Below are positions 8,808 to 18,506 of a DNA stretch of 64,000 nucleotides, piece after piece. This stretch comes from Pseudanabaena sp. UWO311 (GTDB taxonomy: Bacteria; Cyanobacteriota; Cyanobacteriia; Pseudanabaenales; Pseudanabaenaceae). Numbering within the stretch: position 1 is the stretch's first letter; each line of letters opens with the position of its first letter. Under the pieces are notes generated by a model. The model did no database searches and was not told the origin of the DNA. It saw nothing but the letters and a program-made list of their open reading frames with translations. The position numbers and the translations under genes were made by a program. The stretch is from assembly GCA_943371975.1 (NCBI GenBank), contig CALRWX020000001.1:24725-88724 (forward strand), in the 5' to 3' direction.

Positions 8808-10181
8808 TCAGTTCCAACTAGCAAAAATGGTGCGGATCTCAGTGATGGCAGCGTCAACTGCCTTTTCTGTCGATATGTCGCCGGTGGCAACGGTCTCAAT
8901 CGCCTTACCCCAGATGTTTTTAGCGATTACCTCGCTGTAACCAGGATTGAGAATCCATGTAGGTATTTTTGAAGACTTCATATCCTGGATTGCAGAGGCG
9001 ATATGTACATCTTTTGCATTACGCCAAAAGGGCATGGCGATAATTGACTTTGTGGTGGGCAAGAAGCGACCCTGAGATCCTTCTACATAACGACTTAGGT
9101 TTTCTGTTTTGAGTACGTAGGAAAGTAAGTCTTTGGCTTGATTGACATTGGAACTGTCAAATACAATGGCTTGCTTTACGGATAAGAAAGATTGCATCGG
9201 TGAGCCGTCAACTTTTTTGGGCCAGGGCACGGAGCCAAGACGTTCGAAGTAAGCGATTTCGTCAGAAATCTGGGAGCCTGGGATTGAAAGTGTCGGGTTA
9301 GCAGTCATCAGGGAAAGACTACTAAGAAAATCGATATTATTATCAGGGTCGGACCAGCTTGTGGCTTTTGGAGGCACATATTTTTCTTTGTAATTACTGG
9401 TGTAATCATTAATTGCGTTGATAATTTTTTTACGCGTAACAGGATCCTCAACATTGAGCTTGCCTGTAGAGGTTACTATTTCGACACTGTGGGCTTCTAG
9501 GAAAAACTCAAAAATATAGGTGGTGTCCCTCGCCCGACTAGACATGGGAAGGGACATCCCATAGATTTTGCCGTAGCCCTTTTGGCGCAATGATTTTTGG
9601 CCGGCATGCCAGAAACCCCAGAATTCTTTCCATTCATTCGGGATCTTTGTTTTTTTATTAGTGACGCCACTGGCCTCATCAACCAGATCTTTCCAGTAAT
9701 GCAGACTGACGGAATGCTGTGAGATCGGAACAGCGTAAACCGACTTTGACTTTGTTTGTTTATTCATGTAGGTAACCCCATCCAAGACCCCTGGTAAGAG
9801 ATCATTTTGGATGGGCTTAACAATGTCGTCAAGGGCAATCAATTTATTATTATAGCTGAGCACGGGAACAACCGTATCGTTGATTCCATAGCCATAGAGG
9901 AGGTCAGGGGTTGGTCCACCATCGATAGCCGAACGTGCTTTCGCAGCCAGTTCATTTTCACTAAAGAAACTTAGGTTGATTTTGTTGCCAGTAATTTTTT
10001 GCCAATTCGCGAAGATCTTTTCAATCGCATCGGTTTCTTCGGGATAATATCCTTCAGACCACCAAACTTCAAGATCGTGCTTGCTTTGCTTGATGTCAAG
10101 ACCTCCCGATAATCCAAGCGATTTACAGGAGGCAAGCATGCCAACGGCAACCCCGGTGGCAACAAAATTTCGTCTCTTCAT
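8808..10181 (-). CDS. ABC-transporter extracellular solute-binding lipoprotein (family 1, sugar-type)
   Basis: 457 aa with a Tat-like RRNFV signal plus lipobox LASC. Its size and composition fit SBP family 1. Its stop lies 10 nt before the start of the dCache ORF. Confidence 0.8.
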   Translation of the reverse strand: MKRRNFVATGVAVGMLASCKSLGLSGGLDIKQSKHDLEVWWSEGYYPEETDAIEKIFANWQKITGNKINLSFFSENELAAKARSAIDGGPTPDLLYGYGINDTVVPVLSYNNKLIALDDIVKPIQNDLLPGVLDGVTYMNKQTKSKSVYAVPISQHSVSLHYWKDLVDEASGVTNKKTKIPNEWKEFWGFWHAGQKSLRQKGYGKIYGMSLPMSSRARDTTYIFEFFLEAHSVEIVTSTGKLNVEDPVTRKKIINAINDYTSNYKEKYVPPKATSWSDPDNNIDFLSSLSLMTANPTLSIPGSQISDEIAYFERLGSVPWPKKVDGSPMQSFLSVKQAIVFDSSNVNQAKDLLSYVLKTENLSRYVEGSQGRFLPTTKSIIAMPFWRNAKDVHIASAIQDMKSSKIPTWILNPGYSEVIAKNIWGKAIETVATGDISTEKAVDAAITEIRTIFASWN

Positions 10182-10184
10182 GTT

Positions 10185-10216
10185 AAGTGAGAATTTTAAG
10201 TGAAAATTTTAAGTGG
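10185..10216. repeat. 13-bp tandem repeat (aagtgaRaatttt x2.5) directly upstream of the SBP start
   Basis: Direct reading: units at 10185-10197, 10198-10210 and a partial unit at 10211-10216. Confidence 0.8.
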
Positions 10217-10348
10217 TTCTAGCAGGTAAGAGGGGGGCTATTCAACCTGAATAAATGATAGATTTCTTAGAGGGTTGACCAGTTCTTCAGACGTTAGATA
10301 AGCCTCTAAGCTTGAACCATTCATGCTGGTTGATGTTAGCGTGGTATG

Positions 10349-11395
10349 CTACCAGGTTGTAAGTATGCCTGCCCATACTGGTAGCATGAAGGCAAATGCA
10401 ATGCAAGAAAGTAAAATCGAGGCAACGGTGAGCTCCACGTCAAGCCCATAGTTTTCAGCTAAGACCAATGAAATAAATCCGCAGGGCATAGCCGATTGAA
10501 GTACCAGCACTAAGCGCTGTGGGCCTTCAAATCCCAATGCAGTCAATGCTGCTGATAGGATCAGGGGGATCAGTACGGTTTTGACCAGGACAGGTTGGAT
10601 TGCAAGTTTTAGGTTGAGATTGGAAGAGAGTTGTTGTATTCTCATGCCCATCACAATAAGTGCAACCATGATCGATGACCAGGCAATTACACCCAGTCCC
10701 GACACAAGCCATTCGGGAATGGTCAGTGTCTTGAGGTAGAGACCAACAAAGAACGCATAAAATGTAGGGTTTTTGGCGACTTCGGTGAGTGCATCCAGAA
10801 GGGCCTCAATGCCGCCTCGCTTGCTAGCCCTTATCGTTGATCCCGCTTCGCTTACGCGATTACCCGAAGCAGCATTGGCTTCTGCACTATTGCGACTGGC
10901 TTGACCAGCAATGAATACGCCGAGGCCATAGCCAGATATGAGTGTGCCAAGGATATCGTAAAGCACGGCCGAACTAAAGTATTGGGGACCTAGTTGTGGC
11001 AATAGTAGAATGACGGGAAATCCTAAGTAACTTGTGTTTCCGAGATAGCTGAGTAATACAAAGCTAGCTTGGGTACTTTTGGACCGCGGCTTGGAAGAGC
11101 TTTTCAACAAGTTCCAACTCAAAAAGATCGCCAACAGCACCGCTGTCCAGGCGATCACTGGCGAGAGCCAAACGGATGCGTTGAAATCGGCTTTACGGAT
11201 GAAGTTAGCAACCCCAATCGGAATCCCGACGAGGTAGAGAAACCGAGCCAATACATTCGGAAGAAATTCCTGAATGGGCTGGTTACGGATCACTCGTCTG
11301 GAGAGAGTCAGAACGAAGCTGAGTAACACTCCGAAAAGAGATACGGCAATAATTGGGAGATAAACAGCGGTAGCGATCTGAAGGATTGATTGCAT
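10349..11395 (-). CDS. AEC (auxin efflux carrier) family transporter
   Basis: 348 aa with about 5+5 TM segments separated by a hydrophilic central loop. The termini are typical of the AEC/MdcF-like permease family. Confidence 0.8.
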   Translation of the reverse strand: MQSILQIATAVYLPIIAVSLFGVLLSFVLTLSRRVIRNQPIQEFLPNVLARFLYLVGIPIGVANFIRKADFNASVWLSPVIAWTAVLLAIFLSWNLLKSSSKPRSKSTQASFVLLSYLGNTSYLGFPVILLLPQLGPQYFSSAVLYDILGTLISGYGLGVFIAGQASRNSAEANAASGNRVSEAGSTIRASKRGGIEALLDALTEVAKNPTFYAFFVGLYLKTLTIPEWLVSGLGVIAWSSIMVALIVMGMRIQQLSSNLNLKLAIQPVLVKTVLIPLILSAALTALGFEGPQRLVLVLQSAMPCGFISLVLAENYGLDVELTVASILLSCIAFAFMLPVWAGILTTW

Positions 11396-11469
11396 AATTG
11401 ATGCGAAAAGGATTTAAGCTTCCTTTAGGCAAGTAAGTAAAATCTTGCTTAGTATACACATTAACGACC

Positions 11470-11633
11470 TTAGTGGTGCAGAAAAGTCTGAAAACCCGCA
11501 TTATGTCGTAGTCTTAACCTAAGATGTATTTTAACAACTTTTACTCAAAGCCTTGTAAATAAGCTATTTCAAGACATCAATTTACCTCAATAAAATCTCA
11601 AATAAGACCTCAAAAAGTTTTCTGCTCCACTAA
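11470..11633. repeat. 164-bp segment bounded by 18-bp inverted repeats (MITE-like)
   Basis: ttagtggtgcagaaaagt (11470-11487) against the reverse complement of agttttctgctccactaa (11616-11633): 16 of 18 match. Confidence 0.5.
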
Positions 11634-11644
11634 GAACTAACGGT

Positions 11645-13621
11645 TTAGCAAGCAAAGTTTGTAAAGGGAATTGTTGCCGCTTTGATGTCTGACTCTAGGG
11701 TCTGGTTGCGTTTGATAATCACCGGTTCCTGGATGAAGGCCAGCTCAGCTGTATTGAACGGAGTCGTTTGCTTATGGTGCTTGCCTAGGGCAACCTGCAG
11801 GGCTGCTTGTGGAGAATAGTCTTTCAGGGAGATGCCAGTAAGGCCGAGGATATTTGGCTCGGCTATGATTGGAGATCGGCCTGATGGCTGATCAAGATTA
11901 GCAATGCCAGGGGGATGATTGAGCTCGACGAGAAAATCAAGAACGTGTTGATTGTCAGTAGCAATAAACAGATTTTCAAACTTGCGTAAAATGACTAAGA
12001 GCCTTAGGGCCCTTTGCCCCCCTTCTCCGAGTCCCTTGAAGCCGAGGAAATTGGTTGATTGTTGTAAAAAAATAAGGGCATCACGGGCACCACTGTTGGC
12101 AAAGTGATGACTGGTTCCCGTAATCACATGGCGATGGTTACCAAAGCTATAGGCGAAGGGTTCATCCAGACACTGGGCGAGCTCCTTTAGAAGGGGTGCT
12201 TTTGCTTCAGCCTGGGTATCGGCTGAAATAATGCTAATGAGTAAGGTTTCGAGCCTTGCGAAGAATTTGTCCTCGTTGCTCACAAGCCGCAAGTAGTCTT
12301 CCCAGCGCTTAAGGATGGCTTGTTTGATTTGACTTCGCTTGCGATCGCATAGGTCTTTGTTGGCTTGGATCTGGCCAGAATCGCGGGCTTCTGCGATGGA
12401 TTCATGTACAAAGCTGCGTAGGGCATTGAGATGCAACATGGTTCCTGCATTCCCTATACCATTGGAATTTTTGATTTCATTGCAGGCGTTGAACATCAGG
12501 GCGCTTCGACAGTCTGGCCGAGGTATGAGAATTTGATTGGATGCATCGTCAAAGCTACAGAGAAAATGTAAGCCTCTGGCTCCTGCCAGAATGTCCGTTG
12601 CCTTTCTCTCTTCGGTGTCTACAATGACGAAACTCACTGGGTGATCGAGGGTGACTGTTCGATCCATTTCCAGTTGCTTCGTTAGGACTGCCCTGTTTTT
12701 GTCCTGATCACCAACCCAAATGCAATCGGGTTGATCGGCGATCTTGGCTAGGACCGAAACGCCAAGAGGATCGGCTTTTAGGCGGCCAAATTCTCCCCGA
12801 AGGTGGGTCGTAATTTCCTTGGTGAAATGATCGATTAATGTTACGAAATGGTTATGGGCTTCGCCAGGTCTGGTCAGAGCATGGCACAGCACTTCCATGG
12901 TATGAGTGATGCGAATGATATTGAGGCAACCAATGCCAATAGCAAGCATTTTGTTGATGCCACCGCTGCCTGCGCGGCCCTCATAGGGGTGCAGATCCGT
13001 ATCGCCACCGCTGATAATATAATCATAATGCCATAGCGCAGCCGGAAGCCCGATTCTTATGCACTCTGGTGGACTCGATTCGCCTATGCCTTGCACAACA
13101 GATTGATGATATGGGACTGTCGCATGGGTCTGGTCTTCGAAGGTTTTGGGTGGCGGGGGAATGGTGATGTACCGTTGGGGAAGCGGTTTTAGGGTTGTTT
13201 GCTGTTGCAGGGTGCTGCCCAGAGCGGCAAGGCGTTCCAGCCTTTGGGAACCCATCATGGTTGCGATGTCTTCATCTGACATTAGCGGATGGGTCCCAAG
13301 TCCGAAGATGATGTCAAAGGAAAGCTTCGGCTCGGATTGGCAGAGTTCAACCATCGCGTCGACGAGTAGTCGCGACGCGGTTTGTTTGCGCGTTTTATCT
13401 GGCAAAAGCAAGAGCACCCTGATGTCGCTTTGCAATTCGCTCGGATGGATCTGTGTCAGCAATGGCAGGAGGTGGTCGCGCAGTTGGGGAAGGCTGAGCT
13501 GCCGAGAAATTCCGCTAGCGGGCGCATCCTTGGGGATCAGAATCTGGGCGTCTAGGGGAAGCTCAAGATGGCTATTGGGATAACTTTTAAGGTCGATTTG
13601 TTGAGTTTTACCCAAGTTCAT
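11645..13621 (-). CDS. LarA-N (DUF2088, lactate-racemase-like) domain protein with an unrecognised ~300-aa C-terminal extension
   Basis: 658 aa. LLLLPDKTRKQ, FGLGTHPLMSDEDIATMMG and GGDTDLHPYEGRAGSGGINKM resemble the D-x-T-R, G-T-H and H...SGGxK motifs of nickel-pincer LarA. Confidence 0.65.
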   Translation of the reverse strand: MNLGKTQQIDLKSYPNSHLELPLDAQILIPKDAPASGISRQLSLPQLRDHLLPLLTQIHPSELQSDIRVLLLLPDKTRKQTASRLLVDAMVELCQSEPKLSFDIIFGLGTHPLMSDEDIATMMGSQRLERLAALGSTLQQQTTLKPLPQRYITIPPPPKTFEDQTHATVPYHQSVVQGIGESSPPECIRIGLPAALWHYDYIISGGDTDLHPYEGRAGSGGINKMLAIGIGCLNIIRITHTMEVLCHALTRPGEAHNHFVTLIDHFTKEITTHLRGEFGRLKADPLGVSVLAKIADQPDCIWVGDQDKNRAVLTKQLEMDRTVTLDHPVSFVIVDTEERKATDILAGARGLHFLCSFDDASNQILIPRPDCRSALMFNACNEIKNSNGIGNAGTMLHLNALRSFVHESIAEARDSGQIQANKDLCDRKRSQIKQAILKRWEDYLRLVSNEDKFFARLETLLISIISADTQAEAKAPLLKELAQCLDEPFAYSFGNHRHVITGTSHHFANSGARDALIFLQQSTNFLGFKGLGEGGQRALRLLVILRKFENLFIATDNQHVLDFLVELNHPPGIANLDQPSGRSPIIAEPNILGLTGISLKDYSPQAALQVALGKHHKQTTPFNTAELAFIQEPVIIKRNQTLESDIKAATIPFTNFAC

Positions 13622-14034
13622 GATTGAGCTTTAATTTGATTATTAAATGAGACCAAGGATTGGCTGGATTAGAAAGCATTTAAGAACGCAAGGGCGCAGT
13701 ACAACAGGTATCAGTATCTATACTTTTTTTAATGCGGCAACCCTATTAAATAAGTTATATGGTGAGTCATAGTTTTTTGTGTTTTAACAACACTCACATA
13801 TACTCACACATACTCATATATCACAATAATCAAAGATATTCAAAGAAATTAGCAAACAGGTGAAGTGGACATTGAAAATAAGTGCTTAAAACAGTTGCAT
13901 TTCATGCTTGAAGAGTTAATTTATCTTTCATTTGTGCGAGGCCCCCATTTCAGATTTATAGGTCTAGCTTAATGCTTAACACTTTGTAATAATTTTATAT
14001 TAGCATAGACATATCTACACAAGTTACAAAATCT

Positions 14035-17016
14035 ATGCTGGAACCTTCGCTCATCGTGACAACCCAAGATTCTTCGTTCTCAGAAACGAAAGAATTGAGG
14101 GTTCCAGCCTTTTCAAGCAATGCTAAGCATAATGACTACCAAGCAGATTGTCTAAGTAATGATGCGTTTGCCCCCACTGATAGCTTTGTGCGTCGTCATA
14201 TTGGTGCAACATCCCCAGAAACTCAGCAGATGCTCACAGCAATCGGTTGTGACTCTCTTGATGAAATGATTTATAAGACAGTGCCTGCGGCGATCAGAAT
14301 TAAGCAGCCATTGCAACTAGGTGAAGCACGCGGGGAATATGAACTGTTACAAGAATTAAAGGCGATCGCCTCGAAAAACCAAGTTTGGCGATCATATATT
14401 GGCACTGGCTATTACAACTGCATCACACCACCGATTATTCAGCGCAATATTTTAGAAAATCCGGGTTGGTATACGCAATATACCCCTTACCAAGCCGAAA
14501 TTGCTCAAGGTCGCTTGGAAGCTTTGCTCAATTTCCAAACTATGATTATCGACTTGACTGGTTTAGAGATTGCTAACGCTTCTCTCTTAGATGAAGGGAC
14601 GGCGGCGGCAGAAGCGATGACCATGGCGGCGGGAATTGCTAAGAACAAGGGGAATAAGTTCTTTGTATCCAGTGATTGTCATCCGCAAACGATCGCTGTC
14701 GTCAAAACCCGCGCAATTCCTCTAGGCATTGAAGTCGTGATCGCCAAGCACGATCAAGTGATATTTGATCGAGACTACTTTGGGGCATTGTTGCAATATC
14801 CCACTAGCGATGGCGCGATCTATGACTACACAGAAGTTATTTCGCAAATCCATGCTCAAGGTGGTTTAGCGATCGTTGCTGCTGATTTATTAGCACTTAC
14901 TTTGATTAAATCTCCTGCTGAATTGGGATCTGATATTGCGATCGGTAGCGCCCAAAGATTTGGTGTTCCCTTTGGTTATGGAGGTCCTCACGCTGCTTAC
15001 ATGGCAACTAAGGAAGCTTACAAGCGACAAATGCCCGGACGCTTAGTGGGAGTTTCTAAAGATGTGCATGGTCGTCCTGCGCTCCGTTTAGCATTGCAAA
15101 CCCGCGAACAACATATCCGCCGCGATAAGGCAACTAGCAACATTTGTACGGCTCAAGTACTACTGGCAATTATGGCAAGTATGTATGCGGTTTATCACGG
15201 TGCTGAAGGATTAAGGCGGATTGCAAAACGTGTTAACCTCTTAACTTCAAGCCTTGCCCAATCGATCGCCGATCTCGGTCATACAGTTACGCATCAAGCC
15301 TTCTTCGATACAATTCGCATTGAACTAAAGGGAATCTCTAGCGATGAGATTAAAGTTAGAGCTGCTGCCAAACAGATTAATTTAAGGTATTTAGAAAATA
15401 ATGCGATCGCTATCAGCCTCGACGAAACCGTCTCTAAGCAAGATTTAATTGATCTGATTGCTATATTTTCTGAAGATCAATTAGGAATTAGGGATTCCGA
15501 ATTAAGAATTCCTGATTCTCAATTCGGAATTTCCAGTTCTCTCATTCGTAATTCCCCGTATCTCACCCATCCGACATTCAATTCCTATCATTCTGAATCA
15601 GAGTTATTACGCTATATCTATCGTCTGCAATCAAAGGATTTATCGCTCACCACATCGATTATTCCTCTTGGTTCCTGTACGATGAAGCTCAATGCTACTT
15701 CTGAGATGCTTCCCATGACATGGGCAGAGTTTGGCAATATTCATCCCTTTGTACCATTGGAGCAAACCCAAGGCTATCAGATTCTGTTTCGACAATTAGA
15801 AACTTGGCTCGCGGAAATCACAGGCTTTGCAGGCGTATCACTCCAACCTAACGCGGGATCTCAGGGTGAATATGCAGGTTTACTCACAATTCGAGCCTAC
15901 CACCAACATCGAGGACAAACCAATCGTCATATCTGCCTAATACCCACCTCGGCACATGGGACAAATCCTGCAAGTGCAGTTATGGCAGGGATGAAGGTTG
16001 TGACGGTAAATTGCGATCGCGAGGGCAATATTGATCTCATAGACCTCAAGGCAAAAGCCGAAAAACATCAGCATGAACTCGCGGCTCTAATGGTGACTTA
16101 TCCTTCGACTCATGGCGTGTTTGAGGAATCGATTAAGGATATTTGCGATGTCGTTCACTATCACGGTGGACAGGTATATATGGATGGCGCGAATATGAAT
16201 GCTCAAGTCGGTCTCTGTCGTCCGGGAGATATTGGTGCGGATGTCTGCCATTTGAATCTGCATAAGACTTTCTGTATTCCTCATGGTGGTGGTGGACCGG
16301 GGATGGGACCGATTTGTGTTGCTCCGCAGCTAGTTCCATTTTTGCCAATGCATCCTTTAGAAGAAGTTGTAGAACCAAATACCATTTCGGCAGCTCCTTG
16401 GGGTAGTGCGAGTATTCTCACAATTTCATGGGTATATATTGCTTTGATGGGAGCGAAAGGCTTGAAACTGGCGACCGAAATGGCGATTCTCAATGCAAAC
16501 TATATGGCTCAACGTCTTGCTCCCCACTATCCGATTCTTTATACAGGCAAAAATGGCTTGGTTGCCCATGAATGTATCATTGACCTACATGATTGCAAAA
16601 ATATTGCTGGTATTGAGGTAGATGATATTGCCAAGCGCTTGATGGACTATGGCTTCCATGCCCCAACAGTTTCTTGGCCAGTGGCGGGGACGATGATGAT
16701 CGAGCCAACGGAAAGTGAATCAAAAGCGGAACTCGATCGCTTCTGTGATGCGATGATCGCCATTAAGCAAGAGGTGAATGCGATCGCCTCTGGTGATCTC
16801 GAAAAACTGGACAATCCCCTCAAAAATGCACCGCATACTGCCGAAAGTTTATTAGCTGATGATTGGGCTCATGCCTATAGTCGCCATCAAGCCGCCTATC
16901 CTGCCCCTTGGCTGAAGGAACATAAATTCTGGGCAAGTGTGGGACGTATTGATAATGCTTTTGGCGATCGCAATTTCGTTTGCTCTTGCCTCCCTATACA
17001 AGCCTACGAAGCATAA
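14035..17016 (+). CDS. gcvP: glycine dehydrogenase (decarboxylating), glycine cleavage system P protein
   Basis: 993 aa single-chain P protein with [29 protein letters not shown] and [19 protein letters not shown] (PLP-lysine region). Confidence 0.95.
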   Translation: MLEPSLIVTTQDSSFSETKELRVPAFSSNAKHNDYQADCLSNDAFAPTDSFVRRHIGATSPETQQMLTAIGCDSLDEMIYKTVPAAIRIKQPLQLGEARGEYELLQELKAIASKNQVWRSYIGTGYYNCITPPIIQRNILENPGWYTQYTPYQAEIAQGRLEALLNFQTMIIDLTGLEIANASLLDEGTAAAEAMTMAAGIAKNKGNKFFVSSDCHPQTIAVVKTRAIPLGIEVVIAKHDQVIFDRDYFGALLQYPTSDGAIYDYTEVISQIHAQGGLAIVAADLLALTLIKSPAELGSDIAIGSAQRFGVPFGYGGPHAAYMATKEAYKRQMPGRLVGVSKDVHGRPALRLALQTREQHIRRDKATSNICTAQVLLAIMASMYAVYHGAEGLRRIAKRVNLLTSSLAQSIADLGHTVTHQAFFDTIRIELKGISSDEIKVRAAAKQINLRYLENNAIAISLDETVSKQDLIDLIAIFSEDQLGIRDSELRIPDSQFGISSSLIRNSPYLTHPTFNSYHSESELLRYIYRLQSKDLSLTTSIIPLGSCTMKLNATSEMLPMTWAEFGNIHPFVPLEQTQGYQILFRQLETWLAEITGFAGVSLQPNAGSQGEYAGLLTIRAYHQHRGQTNRHICLIPTSAHGTNPASAVMAGMKVVTVNCDREGNIDLIDLKAKAEKHQHELAALMVTYPSTHGVFEESIKDICDVVHYHGGQVYMDGANMNAQVGLCRPGDIGADVCHLNLHKTFCIPHGGGGPGMGPICVAPQLVPFLPMHPLEEVVEPNTISAAPWGSASILTISWVYIALMGAKGLKLATEMAILNANYMAQRLAPHYPILYTGKNGLVAHECIIDLHDCKNIAGIEVDDIAKRLMDYGFHAPTVSWPVAGTMMIEPTESESKAELDRFCDAMIAIKQEVNAIASGDLEKLDNPLKNAPHTAESLLADDWAHAYSRHQAAYPAPWLKEHKFWASVGRIDNAFGDRNFVCSCLPIQAYEA

Positions 17017-17049
17017 AATAAAGTTCTGCCAAAGGCAGAACTTTATTTT
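17015..17049 (+). terminator. rho-independent terminator of gcvP
   Basis: aaaataaagttctgcc aaa ggcagaactttatttt forms a perfect 16-bp stem ending in a T-run. Confidence 0.85.
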
Positions 17050-17061
17050 TAAAAGAAACCT

Positions 17062-17745
17062 ATGCGAATCTTATTGGTGGATGATGAGGAAGAACTGGCA
17101 GAACCTTTGCAAAGGGTTTTGACAAATCAGGGCTATGTCGTGGATAGCGCCAGTAGTGGCGATCGCGGATGGGAGTTGGCTCAGGTTGGCGAATACGATC
17201 TGTTGATTTTAGACTGGATGATGCCAGAGAAATCAGGGATTGAGATTTGTCGGAATTTGCGCGAAAAAGGCGATAGTACCCCTGTTCTGATACTTACCGC
17301 CAAAGATACGCTCGACGATCGCGTGACAGGTTTAGATAGCGGAGCCGATGACTATCTGGTTAAACCCTTTGAATTGCGAGAATTATTAGCTAGAGTCAGA
17401 GCTTTATTGCGCCGCGCCCCAACTGCGATCGCTGTAACCGTTGAAACTTCTCGGTTGAGCTATGGAGATTTAGAACTTGATCGCGAAAATCAATTGGTCT
17501 ATCGTGATCAAGTAGCGATCGCTTTAACAGAAAGAGAATATCAACTTTTAGAATATTTCCTACTCCATCCCAATCAGTTATTGAGTCATGAGCAGATTTC
17601 ACAACATATATGGAAAGAAGGTGAAGATTTGCCCACTAGTAATGCTTTGGCTGCCCAAATAAAATTATTACGTCGTAAAATAGATCGCGATCGGCAGATC
17701 TCTCTAATCAATACGGTATATGGTAAGGGATATCGTTTTGGTTAA
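17062..17745 (+). CDS. OmpR-family two-component response regulator (orphan; no kinase is adjacent)
   Basis: Receiver domain (MRILLVDDEEE ... LILDWMMP ... LTAKD ... KPF) plus a winged-helix C-terminus (TVYGKGYRF). Confidence 0.9.
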   Translation: MRILLVDDEEELAEPLQRVLTNQGYVVDSASSGDRGWELAQVGEYDLLILDWMMPEKSGIEICRNLREKGDSTPVLILTAKDTLDDRVTGLDSGADDYLVKPFELRELLARVRALLRRAPTAIAVTVETSRLSYGDLELDRENQLVYRDQVAIALTEREYQLLEYFLLHPNQLLSHEQISQHIWKEGEDLPTSNALAAQIKLLRRKIDRDRQISLINTVYGKGYRFG

Positions 17746-17759
17746 AAATTTGTATAAAA

Positions 17760-17820
17760 ATCCCCGACTTCTTTTGTGGAATTGAAAGGTATTTTTGGTA
17801 GAAGAGAAGAAGTCGGGGAT
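17760..17820. repeat. dispersed hairpin with ATCCCCGACTT / AAGTCGGGGAT stems
   Basis: atccccgacttctt (17760-17773) pairs with aagaagtcggggat (17807-17820). The same stem motif occurs inside the MITE at 43390-43451. Confidence 0.8.
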
Positions 17821-18005
17821 CTCGGACTGATGGTTGCGTGGAACGCAGATTATAAATCTCTTGCTGAATCGCGTGACAGGGAAAGGGGGATTGCCCCTAC
17901 CCAAATAATTGAAATTTTAGACCCTGTAGGGGCTGCGCCCCCGTGCCAGCCCCTAATCTTGGACATCACAGAAATTTCTTCCACGTATTTATTACAGATA
18001 AATTG

Positions 18006-18353
18006 TCATGGTAATGCTTTGCCTCTACAGGATTTTGTCCATCCACCAATTTCAGAACCGATATCTTGTAATTCTTTGTTGAAATATTCGTAGCGATTAT
18101 TTAGTAATAATTCAAAATCATGTAATAGACGAATTTGATAGCGTAAGATGTCAATATTAGAGTTAAGTTCTTCTAGTATGGGAAGTTTGTTTTTGTGGTA
18201 ACGTGCTATGATTAATTTGTCTAGCAAATCATAAAGTGAAGTGATAATTCTATTACCTAACAAATATTTGTGATCGTGAGATAATTTATTAAGAATTGGT
18301 ACTGTCCATTTGATTAAATCGTAGGTTTTTTGAATTACTGGCAGTTCGTTCAT
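18006..18353 (-). CDS. avd: four-helix-bundle protein resembling DGR accessory variability determinant (Avd)
   Basis: 115 aa. PVIQKTYDLIKWTVPILNKLSHDHKYLLGNRI ... LDILRYQIRLLHDFELL ... GGWTK is what I recognise as cyanobacterial Avd / 23S-rRNA-IVS-protein family. It lies directly downstream of a VR-bearing target gene. Confidence 0.7.
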   Translation of the reverse strand: MNELPVIQKTYDLIKWTVPILNKLSHDHKYLLGNRIITSLYDLLDKLIIARYHKNKLPILEELNSNIDILRYQIRLLHDFELLLNNRYEYFNKELQDIGSEIGGWTKSCRGKALP

Positions 18354-18390
18354 GAAATCTCTTTACAAAAGTCAACAATAGCCAAAATCG

Positions 18391-18418
18391 AAAAACAAAA
18401 AAAAGTGCCAAAGGCACT
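18391..18418 (-). terminator. rho-independent terminator between the DGR-type target gene and avd
   Basis: On the minus strand: agtgcc ttt ggcact followed by ttttttttgttttt. Confidence 0.7.
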
Positions 18419-18506
18419 GAACCTAAGTGCAAAATATAAAGCGCAAAAGGGCTAAAAAGCAAAGAAGAAGCCCTCACGCACGCGGAAGGAAGAAAAAGAA
18501 CGGAAC

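Noticed and set aside
13146-13583. 145-aa plus-strand ORF, and many similar 60-135-aa ORFs nested antisense or out of frame in large genes (e.g. 395-640, 2555-2785, 4282-4674, 5439-5768, 23367-23699, 47459-47866, 62005-62319)
   Set aside because: They lie entirely within confidently assigned genes on the opposite strand or in another frame. They are shadow ORFs with biased composition (Arg/Ser/Gly-rich).
13622-14034. Possible glycine riboswitch upstream of gcvP
   Set aside because: I looked for the conserved glycine-aptamer strings (GGAGAG … CACCGAAGGGGCAA-type cores) and found none. The region is AT-rich with only low-complexity decamers.
17746-18005. Expected position of a DGR template repeat, and the start of an RT gene, downstream of avd
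   Set aside because: The sequence has no similarity to the VR (18507-18644) and is not A-rich on the coding strand. It consists of dispersed-repeat hairpins (atccccgac… and ggggctgcgcccccgtgccagcccc). No RT motifs appear in any frame.
17776-18093. 105-aa plus-strand ORF
   Set aside because: It runs through repeat hairpins and overlaps the avd 3' end antisense. It has no motif and an odd composition.
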